64,000 nt of DNA, from positions 1,760,001 through 1,824,000 of the forward strand of contig OY843751.1 in assembly GCA_963693055.1 (NCBI GenBank), read 5' to 3'. Shown in pieces: positions 10,104 to 19,624 of this stretch. Every line of letters begins with the position of its first letter. Positions within the stretch are counted from its first letter, which is position 1. A program made the translations under genes and the position numbers. Below the pieces are notes generated by a model that saw only the letters and a list, made by a program, of their open reading frames with translations, did not search any database and was not told the DNA's origin. The DNA is from a bacterium. Lineage in GTDB: Bacteria > Zhuqueibacterota > Zhuqueibacteria > Residuimicrobiales > Krinioviventaceae.

Positions 10104-12806
10104 TTATTTTAACATATCACGCAGAACGGTTTGTAAAATACCTCCCTGACGGTAATATGTGATTTCAACAGGTGTATCCAGGCGCAGTGTTACAGTGAAT
10201 GATGTTGTTTTACCGGTCTCGTCTACTGCATTAACATTAATTCCCTGCATGGGTTGCAAATCGTTTGTCAGTTGAATGGAATACTGTTCATAACCTGTAA
10301 GGCCCAAAGATTTTGCCGATTCGTTTTCATTGAATTGTAGTGGGAGAACTCCCATTCCTACCAGGTTACTCCGATGGATACGTTCAAAACTTTCAGCAAT
10401 TACTGTTTTTACTCCCAGCAACAAGGTCCCTTTGGCAGCCCAATCTCTTGAACTTCCCGTGCCATATTCTTTGCCAGCCAAAACAACCAGGGGAGTATTT
10501 TCTTTTTTATACATTTCTGCGGCATCATATATCCACATTTGCTGCTTTTCCGGCAAGTGTAATGTTACGCCACCTTCAGTGCCCGGAGCCAGGAGGTTTT
10601 TTAAACGAATATTGCCAAACGTGCCCCGTACCATAATTCTGTCGTTTCCGCGTCTTGATCCATAAGAGTTGAAATCTTGAGGTTCTATTCCCATTGATTT
10701 AAGGTATGTAGCCGCAGGACTGTCTTCAGGAATGGCCCCGGCAGGAGAAATATGGTCTGTAGTTACAGAATCACCCAATAACGCGAGAACACGTGCATTG
10801 TAGATTGAAGAAATGGGTTCGGGATTGGGTTGCATATCGATGAAAAAGGGCGGTTCCTGAATGTAACTGGAATCTGCCTGCCATTGATATAATGCTGAAG
10901 TAGTAACAGGGATATCATTCCATTGCTGGCTATAAGAATTGACATCAGCATACATTTTTTTAAATACTTTAGCGTCAGCAGCTTTTTCTACATAAGAAAG
11001 GATTTCTTTTTGTGTTGGCCAAATATCTTTGAGATAAACGGATTCACCAGAAGACGTTTTACCCAGTGGTTCGTTTTCAAGATCCACATCTACGGTACCG
11101 GCAATTGCATAGGCAACAACCAACGGAGGAGATGCAAGATAATTTGCTTTTGTATAGGGATTAACCCTGCCTTCAAAATTACGGTTACCACTCAAAACAG
11201 AAGCTGCAACCAGATCCTGTTCTTTGATAGCGGATGAAACTGCTTCTGGCAATGGACCACTGTTGCCTATACAGGTTGCGCAACCATAACCCACCGTGTG
11301 AAATCCGAGTTTTTCGAGGTATTCAGTCAGTCCTGCTTTGTCCAGATAATCTGTAACAACTCTAGAACCAGGAGCCAGGCTGGTTTTAACGTAACCCGGG
11401 ACTTTTAATCCTTTTTCTACTGCTTTTTTGGCCAAAAGACCTGCCCCCAGCATGACTGATGGATTGCTGGTATTTGTACAACTGGTAATGGATGCAATTA
11501 CCACCGAACCGTGTTTTAATTCATAGCCACCATTCATGTCAAGAGATGCTTTACGTGTAAGGTCTTTGTCTTCCAGACTAAATCCACGTTTTTCAGCGGG
11601 AGCTGTTAAAATATCTTGAAATGTTTTTTTCATATCGGAAAGGTTGATACGATCCTGAGGGCGTTTGGGACCGGCAAGACTGGGCACAACATCACCCAGA
11701 TCCAATTCTATGGTATCTGAGAATTCAGGATCAGGTGTTTGGTCTGTACGGAATAATCCCTGTTCTTTTGTATAGCGTTCTACAAGATCAACAAGATCAT
11801 CTGAACGACCAGTGCGACGTAAAAAGTTGAGGCTTTCGTTATCCATTGGGAAAAATCCCATGGTTGCACCATATTCTGGTGCCATATTGGCTATTGTTGC
11901 CCGGTCTGGTAAACTCATGCTGCCTACACCCGGACCATAAAATTCTACAAATTTGCCTACAACGCCTTTTTGTCTCAACATTTCTACAACTTTGAGTGCA
12001 ATATCAGTTGCGGTTGCACCTTGTGGAACAGCACCGGATAGTTTGAATCCTACCACTTGCGGTGCGAGCATATAAAGGGGTTGGCCCAGCATAACTGCTT
12101 CTGCTTCAATTCCACCAACACCCCAACCCACAATACCCAAGCCGTTGATCATGGTTGTATGTGAATCGGTTCCTACAAGACTGTCCGGATAGACCAGTGT
12201 TTCAGTTCCTGAATTGTCTGTAAATACGCCTCTGGCAAAATATTCCAGGTTTACCTGATGAATAATACCAACACCGGGAGGGACAACACCAAATTTTTTG
12301 AATGCCTGTTGACCCCATTTGAGGAATTCGTAACGTTCGCGGTTACGTTTAAATTCTAAATCCATATTAAATACGAGAGAACGTGCTTCGCCAAAACTGT
12401 CTATCTGTACAGAATGATCAATTACCAGATCGCAGGGGATGAGGGGTTCGATCTTTTGTGGATCTCCGCCCAGTCGCTTCATTGCTGAGCGCATTGCAGC
12501 CAGGTCAACCAGAGAGGGTACACCGGTAAAATCCTGCAGAATGACTCGTGCTGGTTTAAAAGGAACTTCTTTTAAAGAAGGATTAGATGCCTGCCATTGC
12601 GCAAGGTTGAGAACATCCTGCTCATTTATTATGGAATTGTCACAATTACGTAAAACAGATTCCAGTAATATTTTAATACTGAAAGGAAGTTTGGAAACTG
12701 CAATACCACTTTTATTTTCCAATGCTTGTAACGCGTACATGTACGCGGTGCCCCCGGCTGTTTTAATGGGAGATTTTGCGTCAAAAGAATTTTGTTTTAA
12801 AGACAT
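10104..12806 (-). CDS. acnA: aconitate hydratase A
   Basis: [48 protein letters not shown]. Confidence 0.98.
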   Translation of the reverse strand: MSLKQNSFDAKSPIKTAGGTAYMYALQALENKSGIAVSKLPFSIKILLESVLRNCDNSIINEQDVLNLAQWQASNPSLKEVPFKPARVILQDFTGVPSLVDLAAMRSAMKRLGGDPQKIEPLIPCDLVIDHSVQIDSFGEARSLVFNMDLEFKRNRERYEFLKWGQQAFKKFGVVPPGVGIIHQVNLEYFARGVFTDNSGTETLVYPDSLVGTDSHTTMINGLGIVGWGVGGIEAEAVMLGQPLYMLAPQVVGFKLSGAVPQGATATDIALKVVEMLRQKGVVGKFVEFYGPGVGSMSLPDRATIANMAPEYGATMGFFPMDNESLNFLRRTGRSDDLVDLVERYTKEQGLFRTDQTPDPEFSDTIELDLGDVVPSLAGPKRPQDRINLSDMKKTFQDILTAPAEKRGFSLEDKDLTRKASLDMNGGYELKHGSVVIASITSCTNTSNPSVMLGAGLLAKKAVEKGLKVPGYVKTSLAPGSRVVTDYLDKAGLTEYLEKLGFHTVGYGCATCIGNSGPLPEAVSSAIKEQDLVAASVLSGNRNFEGRVNPYTKANYLASPPLVVAYAIAGTVDVDLENEPLGKTSSGESVYLKDIWPTQKEILSYVEKAADAKVFKKMYADVNSYSQQWNDIPVTTSALYQWQADSSYIQEPPFFIDMQPNPEPISSIYNARVLALLGDSVTTDHISPAGAIPEDSPAATYLKSMGIEPQDFNSYGSRRGNDRIMVRGTFGNIRLKNLLAPGTEGGVTLHLPEKQQMWIYDAAEMYKKENTPLVVLAGKEYGTGSSRDWAAKGTLLLGVKTVIAESFERIHRSNLVGMGVLPLQFNENESAKSLGLTGYEQYSIQLTNDLQPMQGINVNAVDETGKTTSFTVTLRLDTPVEITYYRQGGILQTVLRDMLK

Positions 12807-12822
12807 GTTTAATCTTTCATGT

Positions 12823-13491
12823 TTAAGATTCTAACCAATAAACTGTTAATTTACGTGGGCCATGAGCACCCAAAATTAATATTTTTTCTATATCCGCTGT
12901 GCGGCTGGGCCCCGTAATAAAAAGCATATTTTTTTTCTTTTCATCCGGAATGATTTCCATGAGTTCAAACATATTGGCAACAAGTTGATCGGGCTTGACA
13001 ATCACATAGATACTGTCAGGTAAAAAGTGAGGATATAAGCTGGGTATATTGTCAAGCAATACAACCAGTGAAGCAACATCTGCAATTGCATAATCTACAC
13101 TTACCAACGATGCCTGTATATTTGCCAGTGTTGATTTTCTGTCCTGTTCAGGAATGTCAACAGTATTTGTACATTGAATGTCTGATAAATTTGACATTTG
13201 TGAAAAAATGCTATCTGTGCCCATAAATGCAATTGTACTATTGTTTCCTGCAAGCAAGTCTCTATAAAGATGCTCAACCAGTATTTTTTCACTGGAAACA
13301 GTTACAAACTCTGCTGAAACTGCTTGCAGTTCTTTTTCAAACTGTTCTTTTAATCCTTTATCATCCAAGGGTGTTATGGCTGTTAATTTGGATTCAATCT
13401 TTTTTTCAACATATTCCGGTTTATCCGGCAAATGGGATGAGGTTTTAACTGCCTTTTTTATGGCATTCAAGATTTTCTCTCTACTTGGCAT
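12823..13491 (-). CDS. lutC: LUD-domain lactate utilization protein C
   Basis: [11 protein letters not shown]...GAHGP; start reassigned to MPSREKIL (13491). Confidence 0.85.
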   Translation of the reverse strand: MPSREKILNAIKKAVKTSSHLPDKPEYVEKKIESKLTAITPLDDKGLKEQFEKELQAVSAEFVTVSSEKILVEHLYRDLLAGNNSTIAFMGTDSIFSQMSNLSDIQCTNTVDIPEQDRKSTLANIQASLVSVDYAIADVASLVVLLDNIPSLYPHFLPDSIYVIVKPDQLVANMFELMEIIPDEKKKNMLFITGPSRTADIEKILILGAHGPRKLTVYWLES

Positions 13492-13589
13492 TATCGGTTT
13501 CCAAATTTTTGTTAATATTCTGAGATTAAACAACGAAAAACACAAAAGGTACGAAAAAGACCTTGAGGTTCGATTAATTTATCAAGCAA

Positions 13590-14984
13590 TTATTTATTTT
13601 TCATTTCTAAAAAGCGTTTTCTGAACCCTTTATTATCAAATTTGCCAAGGGCACGTTCTTTGGTATATCCGGGAGCAGGAAATGACTGTCCTTTGGGTAA
13701 TAACATTTGAATTTTTCCCGGGAACCATGTTGCAAATCTATAAAGTTTTGGGTGTCTGGCAAGAAATGCCCAAATGTCCATGCCTATTTTTTCAATTTTC
13801 ATAGAATATCCCTTTTCCACTACATTATTGCGGAGCTTTAACAGATGGTGAGGGATATTGATTCTAACCGGACAGATTTCGAAACAGGCTCCACATAAAC
13901 TAGACAGGTAGGGAGAATATTTGCCTTCTTTTTCTCCGAGATATTGGGGAATCAAAGTAATACCTATGGGGCCCATATACACCCAACCATACGCGTGGCC
14001 ACCTATTTGTTGATAAATGGGGCATACGTTAAGGCATGCTCCACACCGAATGCAAAAAAGGGATTCGCGCAGTTCAGGATCAGCTAGCATTTTGGACCGG
14101 CCATTGTCCAAGAGAACTATATGCATGTCTTCCGGACCTTCTTTTAATTTAGGAAAAGCAGGGCCGCCAACAATATTTACATAAACAGAAGCTTTTTGTC
14201 CTGTTGCGCTGGGACCTAATAGCTTGAGGAAAACGGCCAGATCATTCATATTGGGAATGATCTTTTCAATTCCCATAACCGCTATATGTGTTTTGGGGAC
14301 ACCAACAGTCAGACGGGCATTTGCTTCATTTTCAACGACAACTACCGAGCCAGAATCTGCAACAGCGAAATTTACACCTGAAATGCCAATATCTGCATTG
14401 AGAAATTTTTCTCTTAGTGTGTTTCTGGCTATGGTAAGCAATTCGTTAGGATCTTCAGTATAATCAATACCTAATTTTTCATGAAAAACCTTGCCAATAT
14501 CCTGCCGGTTTAAGTGTAATGCCGGAGCTGTAAGGTGAGAAGGAATTTGACCCAACAATTGTACAATATATTCACCTAAATCTGTCTCTAGCGTCTCGAG
14601 ATCATTTTCAATAAGAAAATCATTGAGGTGCAATTCTTCGGTGGTAAGAGATTTTGATTTTACAATGGTTTTGGCGTGTTTTTCGCGAGCAATGTTTAAT
14701 ATAATCTGTCGGGCTTCTTTGGCATTTGCTGCCCAATGAACATGAATACCATTGGAAATACATTTTTTTTCAAATGTTTCCAGATAGGTATCCAAATGCT
14801 CCATAACATCTCGTTTAATGGAGTGGGCTTTGTAACGTAATTCCTCCCAATAGGGAATTTGTTCTTTTTTGTCGTTACGTTTTGCTAATGATGTTTGTGT
14901 TGCTTTATCTACAGATGCTCTTAATCGACTGTCTAGCAGTGCTTCTTTGACATATGTTTTTGTTTTTGTAGGTGAAAGATTCAT
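13590..14984 (-). CDS. lutB: lactate utilization Fe-S protein B (LldF/YkgF-like)
   Basis: ETDLGEYI, CIRCGACLNVCP, SLCGACFEICP. Confidence 0.92.
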   Translation of the reverse strand: MNLSPTKTKTYVKEALLDSRLRASVDKATQTSLAKRNDKKEQIPYWEELRYKAHSIKRDVMEHLDTYLETFEKKCISNGIHVHWAANAKEARQIILNIAREKHAKTIVKSKSLTTEELHLNDFLIENDLETLETDLGEYIVQLLGQIPSHLTAPALHLNRQDIGKVFHEKLGIDYTEDPNELLTIARNTLREKFLNADIGISGVNFAVADSGSVVVVENEANARLTVGVPKTHIAVMGIEKIIPNMNDLAVFLKLLGPSATGQKASVYVNIVGGPAFPKLKEGPEDMHIVLLDNGRSKMLADPELRESLFCIRCGACLNVCPIYQQIGGHAYGWVYMGPIGITLIPQYLGEKEGKYSPYLSSLCGACFEICPVRINIPHHLLKLRNNVVEKGYSMKIEKIGMDIWAFLARHPKLYRFATWFPGKIQMLLPKGQSFPAPGYTKERALGKFDNKGFRKRFLEMKNK

Positions 14985-14997
14985 AATAAACCTGCTG

Positions 14998-15723
14998 TTA
15001 TAAATTCATGCTCTGGGCTAAAATATCTGCAATGTGTATTGCTCTGGCTTTCATATTGTGTTTTCGTAGGTAGCCATCAATATTCATTAAACAACTTGAA
15101 TCTGTACTTGTCACATAATCTGCACCGCTTTCATCTATATATTTACATTTTCTTGCAACCATGGAAATTGACATGTCTGCGTATTTATAAGAAAAGGTGC
15201 CACCAAATCCACAACAGGTATCTGATTTTTCCATTTCAACAAAATCAATTCCTTTGATGGATTTTAATAATTTGCGAGGTTGTTCTTTGATGCCTAATTC
15301 ACGAAGAGCATGACAAGAGTCGTGATATGTTACTTTATGGCTGAATGTGCCATCCACTTTATCCATATTCACAACTTTGATTAGAAACTCTGTAAATTCA
15401 AAGATTTTGCTACTTAGTTCGTCTCTTGCTGAATGCAATTGTGGATTAATATCAAGTTCGTGATAGAATTTCCTTACCATGGTTACACAGGAACCAGAAG
15501 GGGAGACAACATATTCTTTGCCCTGAAAGAGTTTAATGAATCTTTCAGCTACAGGTACAACTTGTTTACGATATCCGGAATTAAAAGCGGGTTGTCCGCA
15601 GCAGGTTTGATCATTTACATATTCTATTTCAGCGCCAATGTGCTCAAGAACTTTGACCATAGAAATAGCCGATTCCGGGTATAAATGTTCGGATAAACAT
15701 GGAATAAAAAGGGCGACTTTCAT
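14998..15723 (-). CDS. lutA: lactate utilization protein A (CCG-domain Fe-S oxidoreductase)
   Basis: QTCCGQP, SGSC, YHDSCH, CCGFGG; start reassigned to MKVALFIPC (15723). Confidence 0.92.
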   Translation of the reverse strand: MKVALFIPCLSEHLYPESAISMVKVLEHIGAEIEYVNDQTCCGQPAFNSGYRKQVVPVAERFIKLFQGKEYVVSPSGSCVTMVRKFYHELDINPQLHSARDELSSKIFEFTEFLIKVVNMDKVDGTFSHKVTYHDSCHALRELGIKEQPRKLLKSIKGIDFVEMEKSDTCCGFGGTFSYKYADMSISMVARKCKYIDESGADYVTSTDSSCLMNIDGYLRKHNMKARAIHIADILAQSMNL

Positions 15724-15954
15724 CAGAATTCTCACTTTAAGTCTTGTAATTGTAATGGTTAAGAACTTGGTAGAAAAGAACCTATAATTTAAAATAATTA
15801 ATTTTCTCTGAAAATCAATTAAATAATGTAAATTTGTTTCCTGTTGTATGATTTTGATGTGTACTGCAAACAGGTTGAGATAAATCAACTCATACGCAAC
15901 CCAGGGGAAATATGAGCCCCGGTATATATTATATAAAATGACTATTGATCATTT

Positions 15955-15994
15955 TAAAAATCACATCCGGCCAGCGTATATTCTGACCGGATGT
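15955..15994 (-). terminator. probable terminator after isocitrate dehydrogenase gene
   Basis: minus strand ACATCCGGTCAG-8nt-CTGGCCGGATGT followed by GATTTTT. Confidence 0.6.
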
Positions 15995-16012
15995 TTGTAA
16001 GCTTTATTTTAA

Positions 16013-17209
16013 TCAAGCAGTATATTGTTTGTATTTTTCGTCTAGATCAGGCAGTTGAACTGTTTCCAGGATGTAATCGCAGAATTCACGTCCGGTTACG
16101 CCATTGTCACGACCAGTAATGATCATTTTTTTCTCAAATTGCTGGCATATTTCAAGAGCTTTGCCAAGTTGATCAGCTTTTTCAATGTATCCGATATGTT
16201 CAAGCATCATTGCTGCGGCACGGATCAGGCTTGAAGGATCTGCATATTTCCCGCGTCCTTCTTTAATCATACGAGGAGCTGAACCATGAATTGCTTCAAA
16301 CATTGCATAACGTTTACCAATATTAGCGCTTCCCGCGGTACCAACGCCACCCTGGAATTCAGCAGCTTCGTCAGTTAAAATGTCACCATAGAGGTTGGGA
16401 AGAACCATAACCTTAAACTGGGTGCGGCGTTTGGGGTCAACCAGCTTGGCGGTCATAATGTCAATATACCAACCTTCCCATTTAACATTGGGATAATCTT
16501 TAGCTACGCGCTCAGCAGTTTCAAGGAAAAGACCGTCAGTTGTTTTTACAACATTGGCTTTGGTTACAACAGTAACGTCATTCAGGCCTGTTTTATGTGC
16601 GTAATCAAATGCCATACGAATGATACGCTCTGCACCTTGTTTGGAAATAACCTTAAAGTCCATTGCAAGGTCATCAGTTACCATAAGGCCTTTACTACCT
16701 AGCACATAGGCACCTTCAGTGTTTTCACGAAAGAAAGTCCAGTTCAAGCCTTCTTTTGGAACTTTGACCGGGCGAACATTGGCAAACAGGTCCAGTTCAC
16801 GACGCATAGCAACATTTGCGCTTTCAATGTTGGGGTAGGGCCCGCCTTTTTCCGGAGTTGTTGTTGGCGCTTTAAGGATGACGTGACATGCTTTGAGCTC
16901 TTTCAGAACATCATCTGGAATTGCTTTCATATGCTCAACACGATTTTCAATGGTCAAACCTTCAATGGGTGTGAATTCAAGTTTGCCTTTGGCAATTTCA
17001 TCTTTGAGAAGAATCTCTAAAAGGCGTTGGGTTTCCTGAGAAATGATGGGACCTATGCCATCTCCCCAGCAGAAACCGATTTTGATTGGTGATAATTTAC
17101 TATAATCAATCCAGTCTTCAGCTTGTTTCATCTTTTCTACGCGTTCAAGCTGTTCCGCAATCAGTGTTCCTAGATGTTCTTTTGCTTTTTCAATTGCTTT
17201 TTCACTCAT
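16013..17209 (-). CDS. icd: isocitrate (or homoisocitrate) dehydrogenase, beta-decarboxylating dehydrogenase family
   Basis: GDGIGP, SANVAMRR (IDH-type S-x-N-x3-R), FRENTEG, NLYGDILTD, FEAIHGSAP; clustered with citrate synthase and aconitase. Confidence 0.75.
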   Translation of the reverse strand: MSEKAIEKAKEHLGTLIAEQLERVEKMKQAEDWIDYSKLSPIKIGFCWGDGIGPIISQETQRLLEILLKDEIAKGKLEFTPIEGLTIENRVEHMKAIPDDVLKELKACHVILKAPTTTPEKGGPYPNIESANVAMRRELDLFANVRPVKVPKEGLNWTFFRENTEGAYVLGSKGLMVTDDLAMDFKVISKQGAERIIRMAFDYAHKTGLNDVTVVTKANVVKTTDGLFLETAERVAKDYPNVKWEGWYIDIMTAKLVDPKRRTQFKVMVLPNLYGDILTDEAAEFQGGVGTAGSANIGKRYAMFEAIHGSAPRMIKEGRGKYADPSSLIRAAAMMLEHIGYIEKADQLGKALEICQQFEKKMIITGRDNGVTGREFCDYILETVQLPDLDEKYKQYTA

Positions 17210-17241
17210 AATAACTCCTGTGTTGATTGGGGTCCCATGTT

Positions 17242-17754
17242 TTAATAAACATTTTGGTCATCGGAAAAATCTTTGCGATCTTTTTTATATATATAAAAAC
17301 GCTCTTTTAAGGTATTTAATTCATTTTGAATATCCAAAGTTTTAGAAACATAATATTTGGCAAAGTTGTCTCTTGCGACAGCAAATGCCCTGTTACATTC
17401 CGTTAATAATTCCACCAGTTCTTCAGATAAAGGATAGCAAGTGGTAAGCATACTCCAGAATTCATTCTCAAATATACGGATGGCTTTTTGTACTTCTTCC
17501 AATGTATAGCCTTCATTTGAGCGTTTGTTTGCAAGATTTTCCATATATTGAATTAATGGTTTGTCATCACAATCGGCAATTACTTTGAGCATTATATCAA
17601 GAAATTCTTCTTCGCGTTCCTGATGACGTTCAAAGTCAATAATCTCATAATGTGATTCTGACATTTTTTGCAGTTTATTACAAATTCTGTTTATCAGATC
17701 ATCGCGGTGTTCTTTGATGACACGTTTGAGATTACTGTTTGTGCAGTGTGTCAT
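17242..17754 (-). CDS. small all-helical protein, RsbRD_N / globin-like sensor domain
   Basis: LANKRSNEGYTLEEVQKAI pattern typical of RsbR N-terminal-like domains, plus C-terminal coiled coil; recognised by eye only. Confidence 0.55.
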   Translation of the reverse strand: MTHCTNSNLKRVIKEHRDDLINRICNKLQKMSESHYEIIDFERHQEREEEFLDIMLKVIADCDDKPLIQYMENLANKRSNEGYTLEEVQKAIRIFENEFWSMLTTCYPLSEELVELLTECNRAFAVARDNFAKYYVSKTLDIQNELNTLKERFYIYKKDRKDFSDDQNVY

Positions 17755-19624
17755 GCTTTTTGATTCTCCTGTTTCTCCGTTTCAGTTGCTCTTCAATTCT
17801 GCCAATGATACGCTGCGAATATTTACTGTATTCTTTGCCCATGCTTTCAGACTCTTTTTCCAATCCTTTTTCTATTGTAGTTATAAAGTCTTCAATGCTT
17901 TTTGCGGAAACGGGTTTGGGCTTGTCGGCCCATTTAAAAAGCATTGCTTCTATGGGTTCAAAATAATCCGGTTTTGGTAAAGTGTTACAAGATTTAAATG
18001 GATATGGATTTAATTCTTGCTGAAATCCCTTTAACGCCATGATTAAAGGCTGATAATCATATTCATAAAACAATCTGGAAAATTGGTATTCTACAACAGG
18101 AGTCCATTTGTTATCATCTGGTACTGTATGGTGTTTGTTTAATCGCGAAAAATTGAGCCCGGTTTCTTCGTGATCAATTTCCCGTTGATGAATACGCATT
18201 TCCCTCAAAATACCATTCCTATCTTCACGCAAGTCACCACCAAGTAAAAGGAGACAGAGGAAATAATCCGGATTATCAATTTCTTTAAATTCTTGATTTG
18301 GAGGTAACTGTATACTGAGATGCAGGCTGTGCGGTTTGATGTCTAAGTATCTAACCGCCAAATCAATCATTTGGGAAAGTACCCAGGGGTCCTGGGTTGC
18401 GGGTTTGGATACATCTCCCAGTAATTTATACCTTCCAAAAGCTAGTTCAAGAAAGCCACGGGTTCTGACGTTTGATGATGTCAGGAATCCATGATCATCC
18501 ACATGTGCACCAAGTTTCCACCCTCTGCGCATGATATCAAATTTATAGAAATAATAAAAAGAGTCGTAAAGCGGATCTTCACCTTCTTTGGAATTTACAG
18601 CACGATAACCGATATTGGAAAATTCCAGTTCTGCTCCCAATGGTAGGGAGCCAATGTGACGATTCTTTTTAAGCCATTTTACTATTTCGTCTGCTTTGGT
18701 GGGGTCATACAATTCTTCTGCAATGATTATTGCGGCAGCAGCATAGTCTGTATATAAAATATCAGGATTGTATCTGTCTACTTCCAGGTGAGAAATAGCA
18801 CTGGATAAATGTTGCTTTTGATTGACCAGTAGCTTTAGCGCCATTGTAGCAGAAAGGGTGTGGATGTAAAACTCGTCTGCAACATTTACCTGGCCCCTGT
18901 AATCATTCCTGAATTTTTCTTCAAGTTGATTAAATATCATGAAATTGAGTGCAAGCTTCATGTAATTGTCTGCATACTTTATTGCTTTTCTGTCGGTCTT
19001 TAACCAATTCAAGCGGGGAATGCTAGCTTTTTCTATTTCATGTTTGATAATAAATGCAGGAATACCTGTGTCTTGAAAATATTGGCGTAAAATGCTATGC
19101 ACTTCTTCAGAAAGCAATTCTCTTGTTACTTTGAGCGGAAGAGATTCTCGATCATAATTGAGCAGCATGTCTGCTTTTTGTTCAACATAGCGGTTTACAT
19201 TGCTTTCAACAAATTCTTCAATACGGTCCCGTTCCTGGAATCCTTTGTCGATATATGGCTTTATAGATCTGGGCTTGCCAATATATACAAAAGAATCAAT
19301 TACTTTATCATTAACTTGAATTTGGGCAACTTTGCGTTTATACAAACTGCCTTCGGCCTCGTAAGCATCGAGTTTTTCTAGTATATCTGGTGTTACATTG
19401 TACAGAACCCTGCCCTCAATGCTGTATCCTTTCCAGGGAAGCGCAAAGGTAAAGCTGTTTTCCGGTTGAACACGACGGTGATTAATTAACAAACCTTTTT
19501 CACTCAACAGTTTGGTACCCGTCAGCAATTCCAGATAATAATCATTATTCAGAGAACCATAAACAAATACTTTGTCTATGGTTTTCCAATCAATCTTTTC
19601 TGTTTTCTTATCTTTTGCGCTCAC
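17732..19624 (-). CDS. gamma-glutamylcyclotransferase (AIG2/GGCT) domain fused to putative carboxylate-amine ligase domain
   Basis: N-terminal VFVYGSL...LDAYE..LYKR (GGCT); C-terminal LGAELEF, FLELAF, HSLHLS, VVEYQ resemble GS/GCS2/amidoligase motifs; GTG start overlaps upstream TGA. Confidence 0.7.
   Translation of the reverse strand: MSAKDKKTEKIDWKTIDKVFVYGSLNNDYYLELLTGTKLLSEKGLLINHRRVQPENSFTFALPWKGYSIEGRVLYNVTPDILEKLDAYEAEGSLYKRKVAQIQVNDKVIDSFVYIGKPRSIKPYIDKGFQERDRIEEFVESNVNRYVEQKADMLLNYDRESLPLKVTRELLSEEVHSILRQYFQDTGIPAFIIKHEIEKASIPRLNWLKTDRKAIKYADNYMKLALNFMIFNQLEEKFRNDYRGQVNVADEFYIHTLSATMALKLLVNQKQHLSSAISHLEVDRYNPDILYTDYAAAAIIIAEELYDPTKADEIVKWLKKNRHIGSLPLGAELEFSNIGYRAVNSKEGEDPLYDSFYYFYKFDIMRRGWKLGAHVDDHGFLTSSNVRTRGFLELAFGRYKLLGDVSKPATQDPWVLSQMIDLAVRYLDIKPHSLHLSIQLPPNQEFKEIDNPDYFLCLLLLGGDLREDRNGILREMRIHQREIDHEETGLNFSRLNKHHTVPDDNKWTPVVEYQFSRLFYEYDYQPLIMALKGFQQELNPYPFKSCNTLPKPDYFEPIEAMLFKWADKPKPVSAKSIEDFITTIEKGLEKESESMGKEYSKYSQRIIGRIEEQLKRRNRRIKKHDTLHKQ

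Noticed and set aside
15724-15888. 55-aa N-terminal extension of LutA in the ORF track
   Set aside because: AT-rich intergenic sequence; family-like sequence starts at MKVALFIPC.
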